Counted from the whole stretch's first letter, positions 37,197 to 50,707 are shown. The stretch is DNA of 63,802 nt, filler included, from Lama guanicoe (GCA_013239625.1; 99 parts of 99 records of this genome joined end to end with filler, not necessarily neighbours in it); one strand, 5' to 3'. The notes: generated by a model not told the origin, from the letters alone. Translations and numbers: made by a program.

Positions 37197-37714
37197 TGTT
37201 TCCCCACCTCCAGCACACACACGGAGACGTGCTAAGTTATCCTGAATGTGGGGAGGCTCCTCCAATGACAGCAGCGCCTGGGTTCTAATAGAATCCCTTA
37301 GCTTGTCTTCCCTGATGGCATGCCGAGGCTGGAGAGAGTGGGCAAGAGGGTGTTGGTCCCTAAACCAAGTATAAGCGAGAGCCTATCCATGGGATTTGAG
37401 TTTTTAACCTACAGCCCACAACCATGGAATAAATGTGCCCCTGAAAGATGCTTTGACTCTTTCCCTACATCCAGCACACACACGAAGATTTGTTCTGGTA
37501 TTCTGAGTGTGGGGAAGTTCCTCAAACTGACAGCAGCACCTGGATTCTATTAGTATCCCTTAGCTTCTGTTCCCTGAGTGTTCCTTTAGGCCAGGCCATG
37601 AGGGAAACCTGGGGGTTGGGATTGGAGGCCAAGTAGCAGTGAGTGCCCCCTGATCCAATGAGGAGGTACTTAGAGGACTTCTCCCTAAACGGATCACCTT
37701 TTCCTCCATTCATC
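37197..37714 (-). repeat. Diverged relative of the 267-bp satellite, period ~261 bp
   Basis: GTGGGGAGG/AAG..CAGCAGC..CTGG.TTCTA at 37248 and 37509 aligns with the 267-bp monomer. Confidence 0.8.
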
Positions 37715-37814
37715 NNNNNNNNNNNNNNNNNNNNNNNNNNNNNNNNNNNNNNNNNNNNTTAATTAATTAANNNNNNNNNNNNNNNNNNNNNNNNNNNNNN
37801 NNNNNNNNNNNNNN

Positions 37815-38233
37815 CAGATGTTGCAGACTGGCCAGGCAGGAGGGCGGGTCGTGCCCCCTCCCACCACCTTGGTCAGGGGCTGTGTTCCTGCCGGACAGGT
37901 GGGGGGCCGCTCTCCCTATGTCTGTGCCACCAGTGGCTCCACTGCTCTGTGCGGCTGCGCGCTCCGCCCTGGTCGGCGCTCCGCGGGTGGGCTCGGGGAA
38001 GACCGAGGAGCAGCCTCGTCCCTGCTCTGAGCGAAGACCCAGTTCCTTGTTTGTCTTTGTGGAGCAAGTTCTCTGAGGGACCAGGATGGAAGGATCCTAT
38101 CTGCCCCTGGCTGTAGGCCTGTCTCAGTCTGGCCTTTGACGCTGCTGAGCCCTTCGGTGCGGATGCAGGTTTCTCCCCCGCCCACGCCTGGGTGCTCAGC
38201 GCCGGAGAATATGGCGGCTGTGCCTGAGCCCCG
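37815..38233 (-). mobile_element. Probable L1 5'UTR (CpG-rich) fragment
   Basis: GC/CpG-rich, resembles antisense of a young artiodactyl L1 5'UTR; no coding homology seen. Confidence 0.5.
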
Positions 38234-38333
38234 NNNNNNNNNNNNNNNNNNNNNNNNNNNNNNNNNNNNNNNNNNNNTTAATTAATTAANNNNNNNNNNN
38301 NNNNNNNNNNNNNNNNNNNNNNNNNNNNNNNNN

Positions 38334-39025
38334 GCATTCCATGTTCTAAATTCTGGCTTCTGTATTCTCTTTTCCATATTCTGTATTCTGTTTTCTAAAT
38401 TCAATATTCTTTATTCTATATTCTGCATTCTGTATTGTATATTCTTTATTCTGTGTTCTACATTCTATATTCTAAATCATTTATTCAGTATTCAGTATTG
38501 TATATTCTATACTCTGTGTTCTACATTTTATATTCTAAATTCTATATTCTGTATTCTGTATTCTATATTCTGAATTCTGTGTTCTGCATCCCATGTTCTA
38601 ATTTCTGTGTTCTATATTCTCTATGCTATATTTTTCACTTTGTGTTCTTCATTCTATATTCTAAATTCAATATTCTGCATTCCGTACTCTATATTGTATT
38701 TTATGTGTTCTACATGCTATGCTGTAAATTCTATATTCAGTATTCTGTATTATGTACTCTAAATTGTGTGCTCTGCACTCCGTGCTCTAAATTCTGGGTT
38801 CTATATTCTCTATTCTATATTCTACATCCTGTATTCTACATTCTTTATTCAAAATTTTGTATTCAGTATTCAGTATTCTATATTCTAAATTCTGTGTTCT
38901 GCATTCTATCTTCAAACTTATATGTTCTATCTTCTCTATTCTATATTCTATATTCTGTATTCTACATTGTGTATTTTAAATTCAATATTCAGAATTCTGT
39001 ATTATGTATTCTAAATTCTGTGTTC
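38334..39025. repeat. AT-rich heptamer satellite
   Basis: 7-bp periodicity. Confidence 0.92.
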
Positions 39026-39125
39026 NNNNNNNNNNNNNNNNNNNNNNNNNNNNNNNNNNNNNNNNNNNNTTAATTAATTAANNNNNNNNNNNNNNNNNNN
39101 NNNNNNNNNNNNNNNNNNNNNNNNN

Positions 39126-39546
39126 ATCTTTTACATGTTCAATCTCCCAGCACTAATTATTGAGGAGAATGTCTGTTCTTCATTTTATATTCTTGCTTCC
39201 TTTATCATGGGTTAAAAGATCATAGGTGTGAGGGATTATATTTGGTTGCTCTATTCTCTTCAATTCATTGGTGTCTGTTTTTGAGCCAGTATCATATTGT
39301 TTTAAATACTAAAGCTTTGTAGGACTATTTAACGTCAGAAAACTTTACACCATTATATTTAATACACTTTTTGAAGATTATTTTGGCAACTCATGATCTT
39401 TGTGGTTACATATAAATTTTGAAATTATTTGTTCTATTAAATGGAAAAATATCATGGGTATTTTGACATGAATCACACTTAATGTAGATTGCTTTGAGTA
39501 GTAGGGTTGTTGCAACCACATTGTTTCACATTATTAACACAAGAGA
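39126..39546 (-). mobile_element. L1 ORF2 fragment
   Basis: TCCCAGCAC...TTATTGAGGAGA..GCCAGTATCATATTGTTTT..ATGTAGATTGCTTTGAGTAGTA. Confidence 0.8.
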
Positions 39547-39646
39547 NNNNNNNNNNNNNNNNNNNNNNNNNNNNNNNNNNNNNNNNNNNNTTAATTAATT
39601 AANNNNNNNNNNNNNNNNNNNNNNNNNNNNNNNNNNNNNNNNNNNN

Positions 39647-39858
39647 TCGGCTTCGATGTGACCGCCCGGTGGCCCGGCCCCGCCTCCCCGGGCCGCCGAC
39701 GGGGCCGCGGTGGGGCCGCGTGCGCCCTCGCCCCTCCGCGCCGGCCGCGGTGCGCTGTCTGCGTCCCCGGTCCCGGGGCCCGTGGCGGTCGGCACCCCCT
39801 CGCCGCGGTGGCGTCGCGGGGGGCCTTCGGGGCCGGCTCCGTCCTCCGCCACCTCCCC
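39647..39858. other. Extremely GC/CpG-rich fragment; possible rDNA transcribed spacer (ETS/ITS) or CpG island
   Basis: Very high GC, very few A, dense CpG, CTTCGG tetraloop-like motif; no conserved rRNA core recognised. Confidence 0.4.
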
Positions 39859-39958
39859 NNNNNNNNNNNNNNNNNNNNNNNNNNNNNNNNNNNNNNNNNN
39901 NNTTAATTAATTAANNNNNNNNNNNNNNNNNNNNNNNNNNNNNNNNNNNNNNNNNNNN

Positions 39959-40788
39959 TAGCATTCCCTGGCAAAGAGACATTAGGAAAACCCTCAGGGG
40001 AGACAAGTTAAGGCATTCCGTAAGAACCCACGCGCTGCCGACCGTTCGTGGAACTTCCCCACGCTCAGGATTCCGGAACCATTGTCAGCGCGTGGGGGAG
40101 CTCGAGAGACAACTCCACGCAGCTCTCTTCAGTCACAGGTGTTCCCTGTTCGGGGAAGTCCGAGAAATACCTTCCCTGACCTTGGGGAGGCAGCCTCTGT
40201 CACTGGGACGTCCTGCAAACCCCCCTAGCCTTCCCGGGCATAGAGACCCTTGGAAAACACTCAGGGGAGACGAGCTTTGCAATTCCGTTAGAACCCACAT
40301 GCTGCCCACCGTTGGGGGAACCTCCCCACCGTCAGGATTCCGGAACCATTGTCAGTGCGTCGGGGAGGTGGCGAGACAACTCCACGCAGCTCTCTTCAGT
40401 CACAGGTGTACCCTGTTCGGGGAAGTCCGAGAAATACCTTCCCTGACCTTGGGGAGGCAGCCTCTGCCACTAGGACTTCCTTCAAACCCCCCTAGCATTC
40501 CCTGGCACAGAGACATTAGGAAAACCCTCAGGGGAGACGAGCTTTGCAATTCCGTTAGAACCCACATGCTGCCCACCGTTGGGGGAACCTCCCCACCGTC
40601 AGGATTCCGGAACCATTGTCAGTGCGTGGGGGAGCTCGAGAGACAACTTCACGCAGCTCTCCTCAGTCACAGGAGTTCCCTGTCCGGGGAAGTCCGAGAA
40701 ATAACTTTCCTGACCTTGAGGAGGCAGCCTCTGCCACTAGGACTTCCTTCAAACCCCCCTAGCATTCCCTGGCACAGAGACATTAGGA
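39959..40788 (+). repeat. 267-bp GC-rich satellite (subtype 2), ~3 monomers
   Basis: 89-aa repeated pseudo-ORF; monomer motifs. Confidence 0.96.
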
Positions 40789-40888
40789 NNNNNNNNNNNN
40801 NNNNNNNNNNNNNNNNNNNNNNNNNNNNNNNNTTAATTAATTAANNNNNNNNNNNNNNNNNNNNNNNNNNNNNNNNNNNNNNNNNNNN

Positions 40889-41323
40889 GAATACTGAATA
40901 TACAATTTAGAATATAGAATGTAGAACTCAGAATTTAAGATATATAATACAGTATACTGAATATACAATTTAGAATATAGAAAGAAGAACACAGAATATA
41001 GAATAAAGAATAGAGAATTTAGAACATGGAATGCAGAACAGATAATTTAGATTATAGAATACATAATACTGAATATAGAATTTAGAATATAAAATGAAGA
41101 ACACAAAATGTAGAATATAGAATACAGAATGCTGAATATAGAATTAAGAATATACAATGTAGAACACAGAATATAGAATATAGAAAAGAGATTATATAAC
41201 CCAGAATTTTCAACATTGAATGCATAACACAGAATTTAGAATATAGTACACAGAATATAAAATATAGAATACGAAATGCAGAAAATAGAATACAGAATAT
41301 AGAATTTAGAATACAGAATATAT
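40889..41323. repeat. AT-rich heptamer satellite
   Basis: 7-bp periodicity. Confidence 0.92.
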
Positions 41324-41423
41324 NNNNNNNNNNNNNNNNNNNNNNNNNNNNNNNNNNNNNNNNNNNNTTAATTAATTAANNNNNNNNNNNNNNNNNNNNN
41401 NNNNNNNNNNNNNNNNNNNNNNN

Positions 41424-42010
41424 CATTGAGTTTTCTGATATGTTTTGGCTCGTCTTTAGACTTTCTCTTCCCTTTTCTGGAATTCTGCCTTGTGTGATTC
41501 TGAGACACTGTTGTTCTTCAGGGTTTTCCCTACCTCCATTTTCAACACTTGGTCTGGATAGCGTTTTGCAGTCTAGTTGTTTGAAAGCTTATGATTGGGC
41601 TTTCAATACCTTTGGAACTGAAAATGGTACTTCCAGTTTCTTCTACTTTACTTCTTCAACTCTACTGGTCAGGTAATATCAGGTATCTAGTGGAGACTTT
41701 TAGGGCTTTTTTAAATGAAAATTTTAGACTCTTGTCTCTACGCAATTCCAAGGGATTTCTGTGAGGACAATTTCTCCTAGACATTGATGCCATATTCTGT
41801 ACCTGTTTGTGTTGTCTGGTATATCTCCAATTGCTGGTGTTGCATTTGTTGTGATGAACAACCCATACTATTTCCATTAGCATAACTTCGTTTTGATTAC
41901 ACTTATCTCACACTTCTGAAAGTGCGCAGGGCACTTCCTCTTGTGGAAATGTGGTTTCTAAATTTTCTCAGCTCTGCATTCTGCTCTATGTCATTTTGGA
42001 GTGTTTCCAA
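41424..42010 (-). repeat. Unclassified multi-copy sequence (41862-42009 homologous to 5716-5864)
   Basis: Reverse-complement similarity over ~150 bp. Confidence 0.78.
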
Positions 42011-42560
42011 NNNNNNNNNNNNNNNNNNNNNNNNNNNNNNNNNNNNNNNNNNNNTTAATTAATTAANNNNNNNNNNNNNNNNNNNNNNNNNNNNNNNNNN
42101 NNNNNNNNNNCTGGCTTCGAGGCTGTCCTCGCCAGCCCACCCTGGCCGTCCTCTGTGGCTAAGGCTCTGTGCAGGTAACCCCCTCCCTGGCTGGTCACCA
42201 TTTAAGCACAGAGGAAACAGTCTTCACTGGTCCCACTTATCCATCTGTGTCCCATTCCCTGCACTCTGTCCCTTTGTCTGTCCATCAGACACTTCTGCAG
42301 ACTTTCTTCCAGTCTGAACATCACATGTCCTGGGGGTGTGTAGGTGGAGGGACAATCATGGTGGTGGGTTTATTCCATGCAGTTTTCCTGGCTCCTTCCC
42401 TCCAGAGTAACGGGGCAGGACCTGCCCTATGAGAGGGACCTGCAGGGGCATGTTTGGGACNNNNNNNNNNNNNNNNNNNNNNNNNNNNNNNNNNNNNNNN
42501 NNNNTTAATTAATTAANNNNNNNNNNNNNNNNNNNNNNNNNNNNNNNNNNNNNNNNNNNN

Positions 42561-43526
42561 TTTGTGTTCTTCATTCTATATTCTACATTGTATAATCTGC
42601 ATTCCGTATCCTATATTCTATATTCTGTTTTCTATATTCTCTATTCTAATTTATATATTCAGAATTCTGTATTTTATATAGTTAATTCTGTGTTCTGCAT
42701 TCCATTACTTTATTCTAGGTTCTATGTTCTCTTTTATATATTCTATATTTTGTGTTCTTCATTCTATATTCTACATTTTATATTCTGCATTCCGTATTCT
42801 ATATTCTATATTCTGTGTTCTACATTCTATATTCTAAGTCCTATATTCAGTATTCTGTATTATATATTCTTAAATCTGTGTTCTGCATTCCATGTTCTAA
42901 ATTCTGGATACTATTTTCTTTATTCTATATGCTATATTCTGTGTTCTACATTGTATATTCTAAATTTTATATTCAGTATTCTGTATTCTATATTCTTAAC
43001 TTTGTGTTCTGCATTTCGTGGTCTAAATTCTCAGTTCTATATTGTCTATTCTCATTCTATATTGTGTGTTCTTAATTCTATACAATACATTATATATTTT
43101 GCATTCCGTAGTCTATATTCTATATTCTAAATTCTGTGTTCTGCATTCTATGTTCTAAATACTATATTCAGTATTCTGTATTCTATATTCTAAATTCTGT
43201 GTTCTGCATTCTATGTTCTAAATACTATATTCAGTATTCTGTATTCTATATTCTAAATTCTGTGTTCTGCATTCTATGTTCTAAATACTATATTCAGTAT
43301 TCTGTATTCTATATTCTAAATTCTGTGTTCTGCATTCCATGTTCTAAATTCTGGGTTCTATATTCTCTATTCTCATTCTATATTGTGTGTTCTTAATTCT
43401 ATACAATACATTATATATTTTGCATTCCGTATTCTATATTTTATATTCTGTGTTCTAAATTTTAAATGCTAAATTCTATATTAAGTATTCTGTTTTCTCT
43501 ATTGTAAATTCTGTGTTCTGCATTCC
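42561..43526. repeat. AT-rich heptamer satellite with 63-bp unit (~43130-43350)
   Basis: TTCTGCATTC at 43139, 43202, 43265, 43328. Confidence 0.93.
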
Positions 43527-44270
43527 NNNNNNNNNNNNNNNNNNNNNNNNNNNNNNNNNNNNNNNNNNNNTTAATTAATTAANNNNNNNNNNNNNNNNNN
43601 NNNNNNNNNNNNNNNNNNNNNNNNNNGGATTCCAAATCAGATAAAGTGAAACTCAGAAAATGCCATCTCTTTACCAGCTGATCTGTATAATAACCCAAGA
43701 TGTAGCCTTACTGTGTTTAATGGTGTAATGAAAAAAAAAAAGGTGAAGACACTGGAATTACGAAGCTGCTCCACTTACACTCTGTCTCTGATGACTCATT
43801 TAAAAGTGAGTAGGTGTCACAATCAATGGGACATAAATACCTTTTATTCCCCGTGGAGCTACTAGGATCCCGACTTGTGCAACACCCCCCCACTATTTTT
43901 TAAACACCTCTCTTGGGAATAAAAGGCAGTCTTGAAAATTCTAGGATCTCTTACCAAAACTTAGTGGGCATACGAGGATTTATTTTGCAACTGATGGGAA
44001 CATAGATTTCATGATATAAGGAGTCACTGTCCATGAATACTAGCCTTGGAGAGACGGCACCAGTAAATTTGTGTCATTCCCCCCTACTTACCCCCTCCTG
44101 GAGCACTAATCACTAACACCAGGGTAGGGGGTGTATTTTCTACCCTGGCTGTTTTCCTTTCTTCCCTTGTNNNNNNNNNNNNNNNNNNNNNNNNNNNNNN
44201 NNNNNNNNNNNNNNTTAATTAATTAANNNNNNNNNNNNNNNNNNNNNNNNNNNNNNNNNNNNNNNNNNNN

Positions 44271-44738
44271 TACATTCTATATTCTAAATTTTATATTCAG
44301 TATTCTGTATTCTATAATCAAAATTCTGAGTTCTGTTCCATGTTCCAAAATCTGGCTTCAATATTTTCTAAGCTATATTTTTTATTCTGTTTTCTACATT
44401 CTATAATCTAAATTATATATTGAGTATTATGTATTCTATATTCTATATTTTGTGTTCTACATTCAATTTTTTTAATTGTTTATTGAGTATTCTATATACA
44501 ATATTCTACATTCTGCGTTCTGCATTCCAAGTTCTAAATACTCTATTCTGTGTTCTATAATCTGTGTTCTATTTCTATATTCTAAATTTTACATTCTGTA
44601 TTCTGTATTCTATATTCTAAATACTGTGTTCTTCACTCCATGCTCTCAATTCTTTATTCAGTATTCTGTCTTCTATATTCTTAATTCTATGTTCTGCATT
44701 CTATGTTCTAAATTCTATGTTCAGTATACTGTATTATA
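44271..44738. repeat. AT-rich heptamer satellite
   Basis: 7-bp periodicity. Confidence 0.9.
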
Positions 44739-44899
44739 NNNNNNNNNNNNNNNNNNNNNNNNNNNNNNNNNNNNNNNNNNNNTTAATTAATTAANNNNNN
44801 NNNNNNNNNNNNNNNNNNNNNNNNNNNNNNNNNNNNNNTGTTATCTTTATATAAGTGCAAAAGTGTTAATATCCTTAAAGGTCAGAGTTTTGAATTGAT

Positions 44900-45301
44900 T
44901 TACGTGCATCATGAAATGATTACCACAGTAAGTTTAGTGAATATCCATCAAATTAAAGAAATAGAAACATATATATATTTTTTTCTTGTGATAAAAACTC
45001 AGGACTTAATCTTTTAACTACTTCATATTTAACATATAGCAGAATTAACTGTGTTAATTTGCATAACATCCCTCGAACTCGTTTGTCTTATAACTAGAAT
45101 TTTATACATTTTGACATCCAGTGCTCTTTCCCCCACACCCACCTCTGGTAACCACAAATCTGATCTTTTTTTCCTATTAGTCTGTTTGCTTTTGAAGTAT
45201 AATTGAGCTACGACACTCTGCAAGTTTCTGTTCTAGAACTAATGATTCTACTTTATTATATCTCTCAAAATGATCACCAAAGTCTAGGTACCACATGCCA
45301 C
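44900..45301 (-). mobile_element. L1 3'UTR fragments
   Basis: CCCCACACCCACCTCTGGTAACCACAAATCTGATCT; GAAATGATTACCACAGTAAGTTTAGT. Confidence 0.75.
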
Positions 45302-46985
45302 NNNNNNNNNNNNNNNNNNNNNNNNNNNNNNNNNNNNNNNNNNNNTTAATTAATTAANNNNNNNNNNNNNNNNNNNNNNNNNNNNNNNNNNNNNNNNNNN
45401 NTCCTAAAGCCCCCAGGACAACTAAGATAACCTTAAAAATAATTTCAACAGTAGGATATAAATTAGAACACACAGGGGAACTTTGAAAAGCAATACTGAG
45501 ACTCTTTCTTATTACAAAAGACTGGGGTTTGCAACCAGATTTACAATAGCAAAAAAAGTGTTCTTGTCTAAGAAGGCTCTTTTTTTCCTCTCATTAACAT
45601 TGATGAAAAACAAAACAAAACAAAAAAACACAGAGTGATAAGAGAAAGACCATGGAAGAAAGTATCTGCGGTTATCCTCTAGTTTGCATAATAATTTTTT
45701 TTTAAAAGAAGAAAATGTATATGAATAGATTTGGCATAAGATGTGGAAAATTCCACACTTGATGTGACTTTTTCTGGAGATTTTGGTTTAGTCTCCAGAT
45801 CACAGTTTCCCTGTTAATGGAATTAAAACTTAATTGAAAACGTAAGAATATTAACGTATACTCTTTAAAGTTCTGAGCAGACACAGCAATANNNNNNNNN
45901 NNNNNNNNNNNNNNNNNNNNNNNNNNNNNNNNNNNTTAATTAATTAANNNNNNNNNNNNNNNNNNNNNNNNNNNNNNNNNNNNNNNNNNNNTAATTGTCA
46001 ACCCATACCCCAAAATGACTCGTATTATGTTCCGCGTCCATCCTGATCTGGCTTCTCCGTTTTTGCTTCCTAGTTTCATTTATTTTCCTACATCTGCTTC
46101 TCATATTAGTCTTGCCAGTTTTTAGTGTCAGAGGTCAAATCCTGATTTTCAAGTGACTTTATACTACAACTGGCATGCTGTGACTACAGGTTTTCTTTTT
46201 TGTATCTACTTTTCTTAACTGTTTTATTAATAATCTATGCAACATAAAGTATTCTAACATGGTTTAGACCAGAAATTAAGGAGTCAGATAGATACGCATT
46301 TTAATCTTGACTCTACAATCTGCATGTGTGACAATGAACAAATAGTTTAACCTCTAAAAGTTTCAGTTTTCTGAACTGCAAAACAGAAGAGAATAAAGCT
46401 TATCTCACTCATTCTTCTGCGGTGAGAACCAAACAAGAGCATTTCTTGAAACTCCGGGCTTAAGCATGATATGTAAATACAGGGTGCTTCTTGCTTATAT
46501 TGGATTTTAACTTCTCCTTTCCAACTCTCTTTGTATGTAAATACATTTTTCTCTGTTTTATTGTGAAGGATGGAAGGTTTTCGAGAACTCAATAGCTTTA
46601 GGATAGAAAATAGGATCTGCAAGGTCAGATGACACCATCAGATTCTCTATTGATTAAAAATGGTCTTTTTTATGGTCGTTATCTCCTTCCTATCACTAAT
46701 AACCACAATACAGAAGAATTTCTGGTCTTTATAGTTAACTCTTTCCTATCCTGTACATTAAACATGGAAATAATATTCAATAAATATGAAAGAAAATAGG
46801 AACCCATTTCGTAAGTAAAACTGCAGCCAAACAGAAAAAAAAAAAAAGCAAAAAAGTGAACTGTAAATTCAGGAAAGGGTATTTTNNNNNNNNNNNNNNN
46901 NNNNNNNNNNNNNNNNNNNNNNNNNNNNNTTAATTAATTAANNNNNNNNNNNNNNNNNNNNNNNNNNNNNNNNNNNNNNNNNNNN

Positions 46986-47737
46986 ACCTGGGACTGAAGA
47001 GAGCTGCGTGGAGTAGTCTCTCGAGCTCCCCCACCCACTGACAATGGTCCCGGAATCCTGAGCCTGGGGAGGTTCCAACAACGGTCGGCAGCGCGTGGGT
47101 TCTAACGGAATGCCTAAGCTCGGCTCCTCTGAGGGTTTTCCTAATGTCTCTGTACCAGGGAATGCTAGGGGGGTTTTCAGGAAGTCCCAGGGACAGAGGC
47201 TGCCTCCCCAAGGTCAGGGAAGTTATTTCTCGGACTTCCCTGAACAGGGAACACCTGGGACTGAAGAGAGCTGCGTGGAGTTGACTCTCGAGCTCCCCCA
47301 CGCACTGACAATTGTTCTGTAATCCTGAGGGTTGGGAGGTTCCACCAACGGTCGGCAGCGTGTAGGTTCTAACGGAATGCCTAAGCTCGGCTCCTCTGAG
47401 GGTTTTCCTAATGTCTCTGTACCAGGGAATGCTAGGGGGGTTTTCAGGAAGTCCCAGGGACAGAGGCTGCCTCCCCAAGATCAGGGATGATATTTCTCGG
47501 ACTTCCCCGAACAGGGAACACCTGCGACGGAAGAGAGCTGCGTGGAGTTGACTCTCGAGCTCCCCCACGCACTGACAATTGTTCTGTAATCCTGAGGGTT
47601 GGGAGGTTCCACCAACGGTCGGCAGCGCGTGGGTTCTAACAGAATGCCTAAGCTCGTCTCCCCTGAGGGTATTTCTACTGTCTCTGTGCCAGGGAAGGCT
47701 AAGGGTGTTTGCAGGAATTCCCAGGGACAGAGGCTGC
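46986..47737 (-). repeat. 267-bp GC-rich satellite (subtype 2), ~3 monomers
   Basis: Reverse complement monomer; 89-aa repeat pseudo-ORF. Confidence 0.96.
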
Positions 47738-48430
47738 NNNNNNNNNNNNNNNNNNNNNNNNNNNNNNNNNNNNNNNNNNNNTTAATTAATTAANNNNNNN
47801 NNNNNNNNNNNNNNNNNNNNNNNNNNNNNNNNNNNNNGAGATTTGCAGTCCTCGCGTGGGCTTTTCCCATTGCTGTCATGGCAAATCGTCCACTGTCATG
47901 GTGTTGGCGCGTGTGTCCCTTAGCAGCTAACACACTACAGTGAGCGTGTAACGAGGCTGAGGACCTGCTGGAAGTCACATCCTCCGCCACCTTGGCCTCT
48001 GTTGGTTCTTACTCGTTCTTGTTTTTCCTCACTGCAGCTGCCTCCCGAGACTGAGATAAGCATAACTGGTTCCTATTTGAGGGAGGGGCAGGGGTGTGAC
48101 CCTGGGGCAACAGCCTTGGTGCCGGAAAGCAAAGCTGCTTTTAACCAGAGTGCTTACAGTTTGGTGGACTCAGCGTCCCCCTCCAAAAATACATCTCCAG
48201 AGATTCTGTTCAGCCATGAAAGGTTTGAAGGCATGGGAAGGAATGATCCCAGTTAAACCCTGAGACAAGTGGTGAGGGGCACTGCCATCCCCCAGTGCCT
48301 GCAGGCTTGTCCTCAAGCCCAGGAGCCTGCNNNNNNNNNNNNNNNNNNNNNNNNNNNNNNNNNNNNNNNNNNNNTTAATTAATTAANNNNNNNNNNNNNN
48401 NNNNNNNNNNNNNNNNNNNNNNNNNNNNNN

Positions 48431-48680
48431 AAAGAGATTCTATTAAAACCAAGAGGTTGATATCAGTTGGAGGAACTACACAACACTCAGGATATTGGAA
48501 CCCAACCTTGTGCGGTGGGGAGATTTGAAGCCCCACTCCACGCAGATGAATGGGTGCTCAGGTGTTTCCCTTTATGGAGAATTCATCTAAATACTTCCTC
48601 AGTCCATCGGGAGGCACTCTCTACTATTTGACCTCAAAGTCCAACCCCCAGGTTTCTCTCAGAGTCAGTCCTAGGGAAAC
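48431..48680 (+). repeat. Diverged relative of the 267-bp satellite (same type as 37197-37714)
   Basis: Shared segment translating as SSKY..SGGT..YL.S...PQVSL in both fragments. Confidence 0.75.
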
Positions 48681-48780
48681 NNNNNNNNNNNNNNNNNNNN
48701 NNNNNNNNNNNNNNNNNNNNNNNNTTAATTAATTAANNNNNNNNNNNNNNNNNNNNNNNNNNNNNNNNNNNNNNNNNNNN

Positions 48781-49257
48781 TGTTTCTCCTGCAAACCGTT
48801 CCCTTTGTGTTGGATGAACGAACGTCTCTGCACATACTCAGTTCTGATAGATAAGTGTGTGTAAAAAACTCCTTCACGTATATTGAAGGGAACACAAAGT
48901 TTCTCTTCATTTCCAAACTCCACTACATACATACATATGGGGAAGTAAAAGGCCAACTCTGGTTTATAGTGAAACCTACAGGAATTTCATACCGGCATTA
49001 GGAAACAGGTTGAGAGAACTGAGTAATTGTCTCTCCTGCAACCTGTTCCCTTTGTGGTGAATGAACGAACGTCTCTCCACATGCTCAGTTCTCAGAGATA
49101 AGTGTGTGTGAAAGCCGTCCTTCACCTAGCTTGAAGAGAACACAAAGTTTCATTTCAGGTGCTAACTCCCATTCTTATATTTATATGGGGAGGTATGGGT
49201 CAATTCGTTTTTACAGTGAAAAATGCAGGAACTTCAAACCGGCACTTGGAAACAGAC
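48781..49257 (+). repeat. ~250-bp satellite
   Basis: GATGAACGAACGTCTCT..CACATGCTCAGTTCT..GGGAACACAAAGTTT. Confidence 0.93.
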
Positions 49258-49357
49258 NNNNNNNNNNNNNNNNNNNNNNNNNNNNNNNNNNNNNNNNNNN
49301 NTTAATTAATTAANNNNNNNNNNNNNNNNNNNNNNNNNNNNNNNNNNNNNNNNNNNN

Positions 49358-50028
49358 ACAAGCTTTTTGGGAACACAAAATTTCTTTTTAGTTGGAATCT
49401 CCTCTGCATACATCTTTATGAAGAGGTACAAGCTCCAACTCGGGTTTACAGTGAAAACTGCAGGAATTTCAAACCGGCACCAAGAAACAGACTGAGATTC
49501 CAGAGTAAGTGTTTCCCTGCAAATCGTTCCCTTTGTGCTGGATGAACGATGGTTTCTCCACATGCTCATTTGTGAGAGATAATTGTGTGTGCAAGCCTAC
49601 TTTCACCAAGCATGTTTGGAAAAAAAACTTCCTTTTCATTTGCAAACTCCCATAAATATATATATATATATGGACATGAACTGGCTCCAACTTGGTTTTA
49701 CGGTGAAAACTGTAGGAACTTCCCACCGGCATTAGGAAACTCACTGAGAAACCAGAGTAAGTGTTTCTCCTGCCAACAGTTATTTTTGAGCTAGATAAAT
49801 GAACGTCTGTCCAATTGCTCAGTTCTGAAATTTATCTGTGTGTGAAACCCGTCGGTCACTTATCTTGTAGGGAACACAAAGATTCTATTATTTTGCCAAC
49901 AACATTAGATAGATATGTAAGGGGAAGAACAAGTTCAATCACGCTTTTACAGTGAATACTGTAGGAATTTCAAACCGGTACTAGGAAACAGCCTGAGAAA
50001 CCATAGTAAGGGTTTCTCTTGCAACCCG
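49358..50028 (+). repeat. ~250-bp satellite
   Basis: Same monomer motifs, ~2.7 copies. Confidence 0.93.
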
Positions 50029-50707
50029 NNNNNNNNNNNNNNNNNNNNNNNNNNNNNNNNNNNNNNNNNNNNTTAATTAATTAANNNNNNNNNNNNNNNN
50101 NNNNNNNNNNNNNNNNNNNNNNNNNNNNAGGAAGTGGCCGGCTCGGGGGTGAGCAGCTGCAGTGGACTCTGTTGGAGAAAGCAGTCACCAGTTTTTTGTT
50201 TTTTTGTTTTTATTTTTGCATTCACCTTCCCAGAGCCATTTACTTTATTTTGCATTCATAGAGGGGCAGGAGCGGGTCTAAAACCATGCCACTCTTTTGT
50301 TCCCTTTATGAGGCTGGTTTTTCTAAGTATCAGAAAAACATTGCCTTGTCCTAAGGAGCTGGTTCACTTGGATCTGGTGGACACAGGGACCACTAAAGGG
50401 GACCATAGCTTCCTCTCTACTTCAGCCAGTGGTCATTCAGAGCCGGGTCTGTGGTTTGCCTCAGCAGCCGTGCAGGCCCCCCTGCCCCGGCCTTTACTTT
50501 TAACCCATGTTGGCAGAAAATAGCTGACTCTGTGTCTGTTGCAGCTGATGTCCACCACNNNNNNNNNNNNNNNNNNNNNNNNNNNNNNNNNNNNNNNNNN
50601 NNTTAATTAATTAANNNNNNNNNNNNNNNNNNNNNNNNNNNNNNNNNNNNNNNNNNNNCACCCTTTGTGTGCATAACTGTACCACCCGTTAGGTGGTATT
50701 TCTGCAT

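Noticed and set aside
39595..39914. Gly/Pro/Arg-rich ORFs in several frames
   Set aside because: Expected from extreme GC content; no recognisable domain
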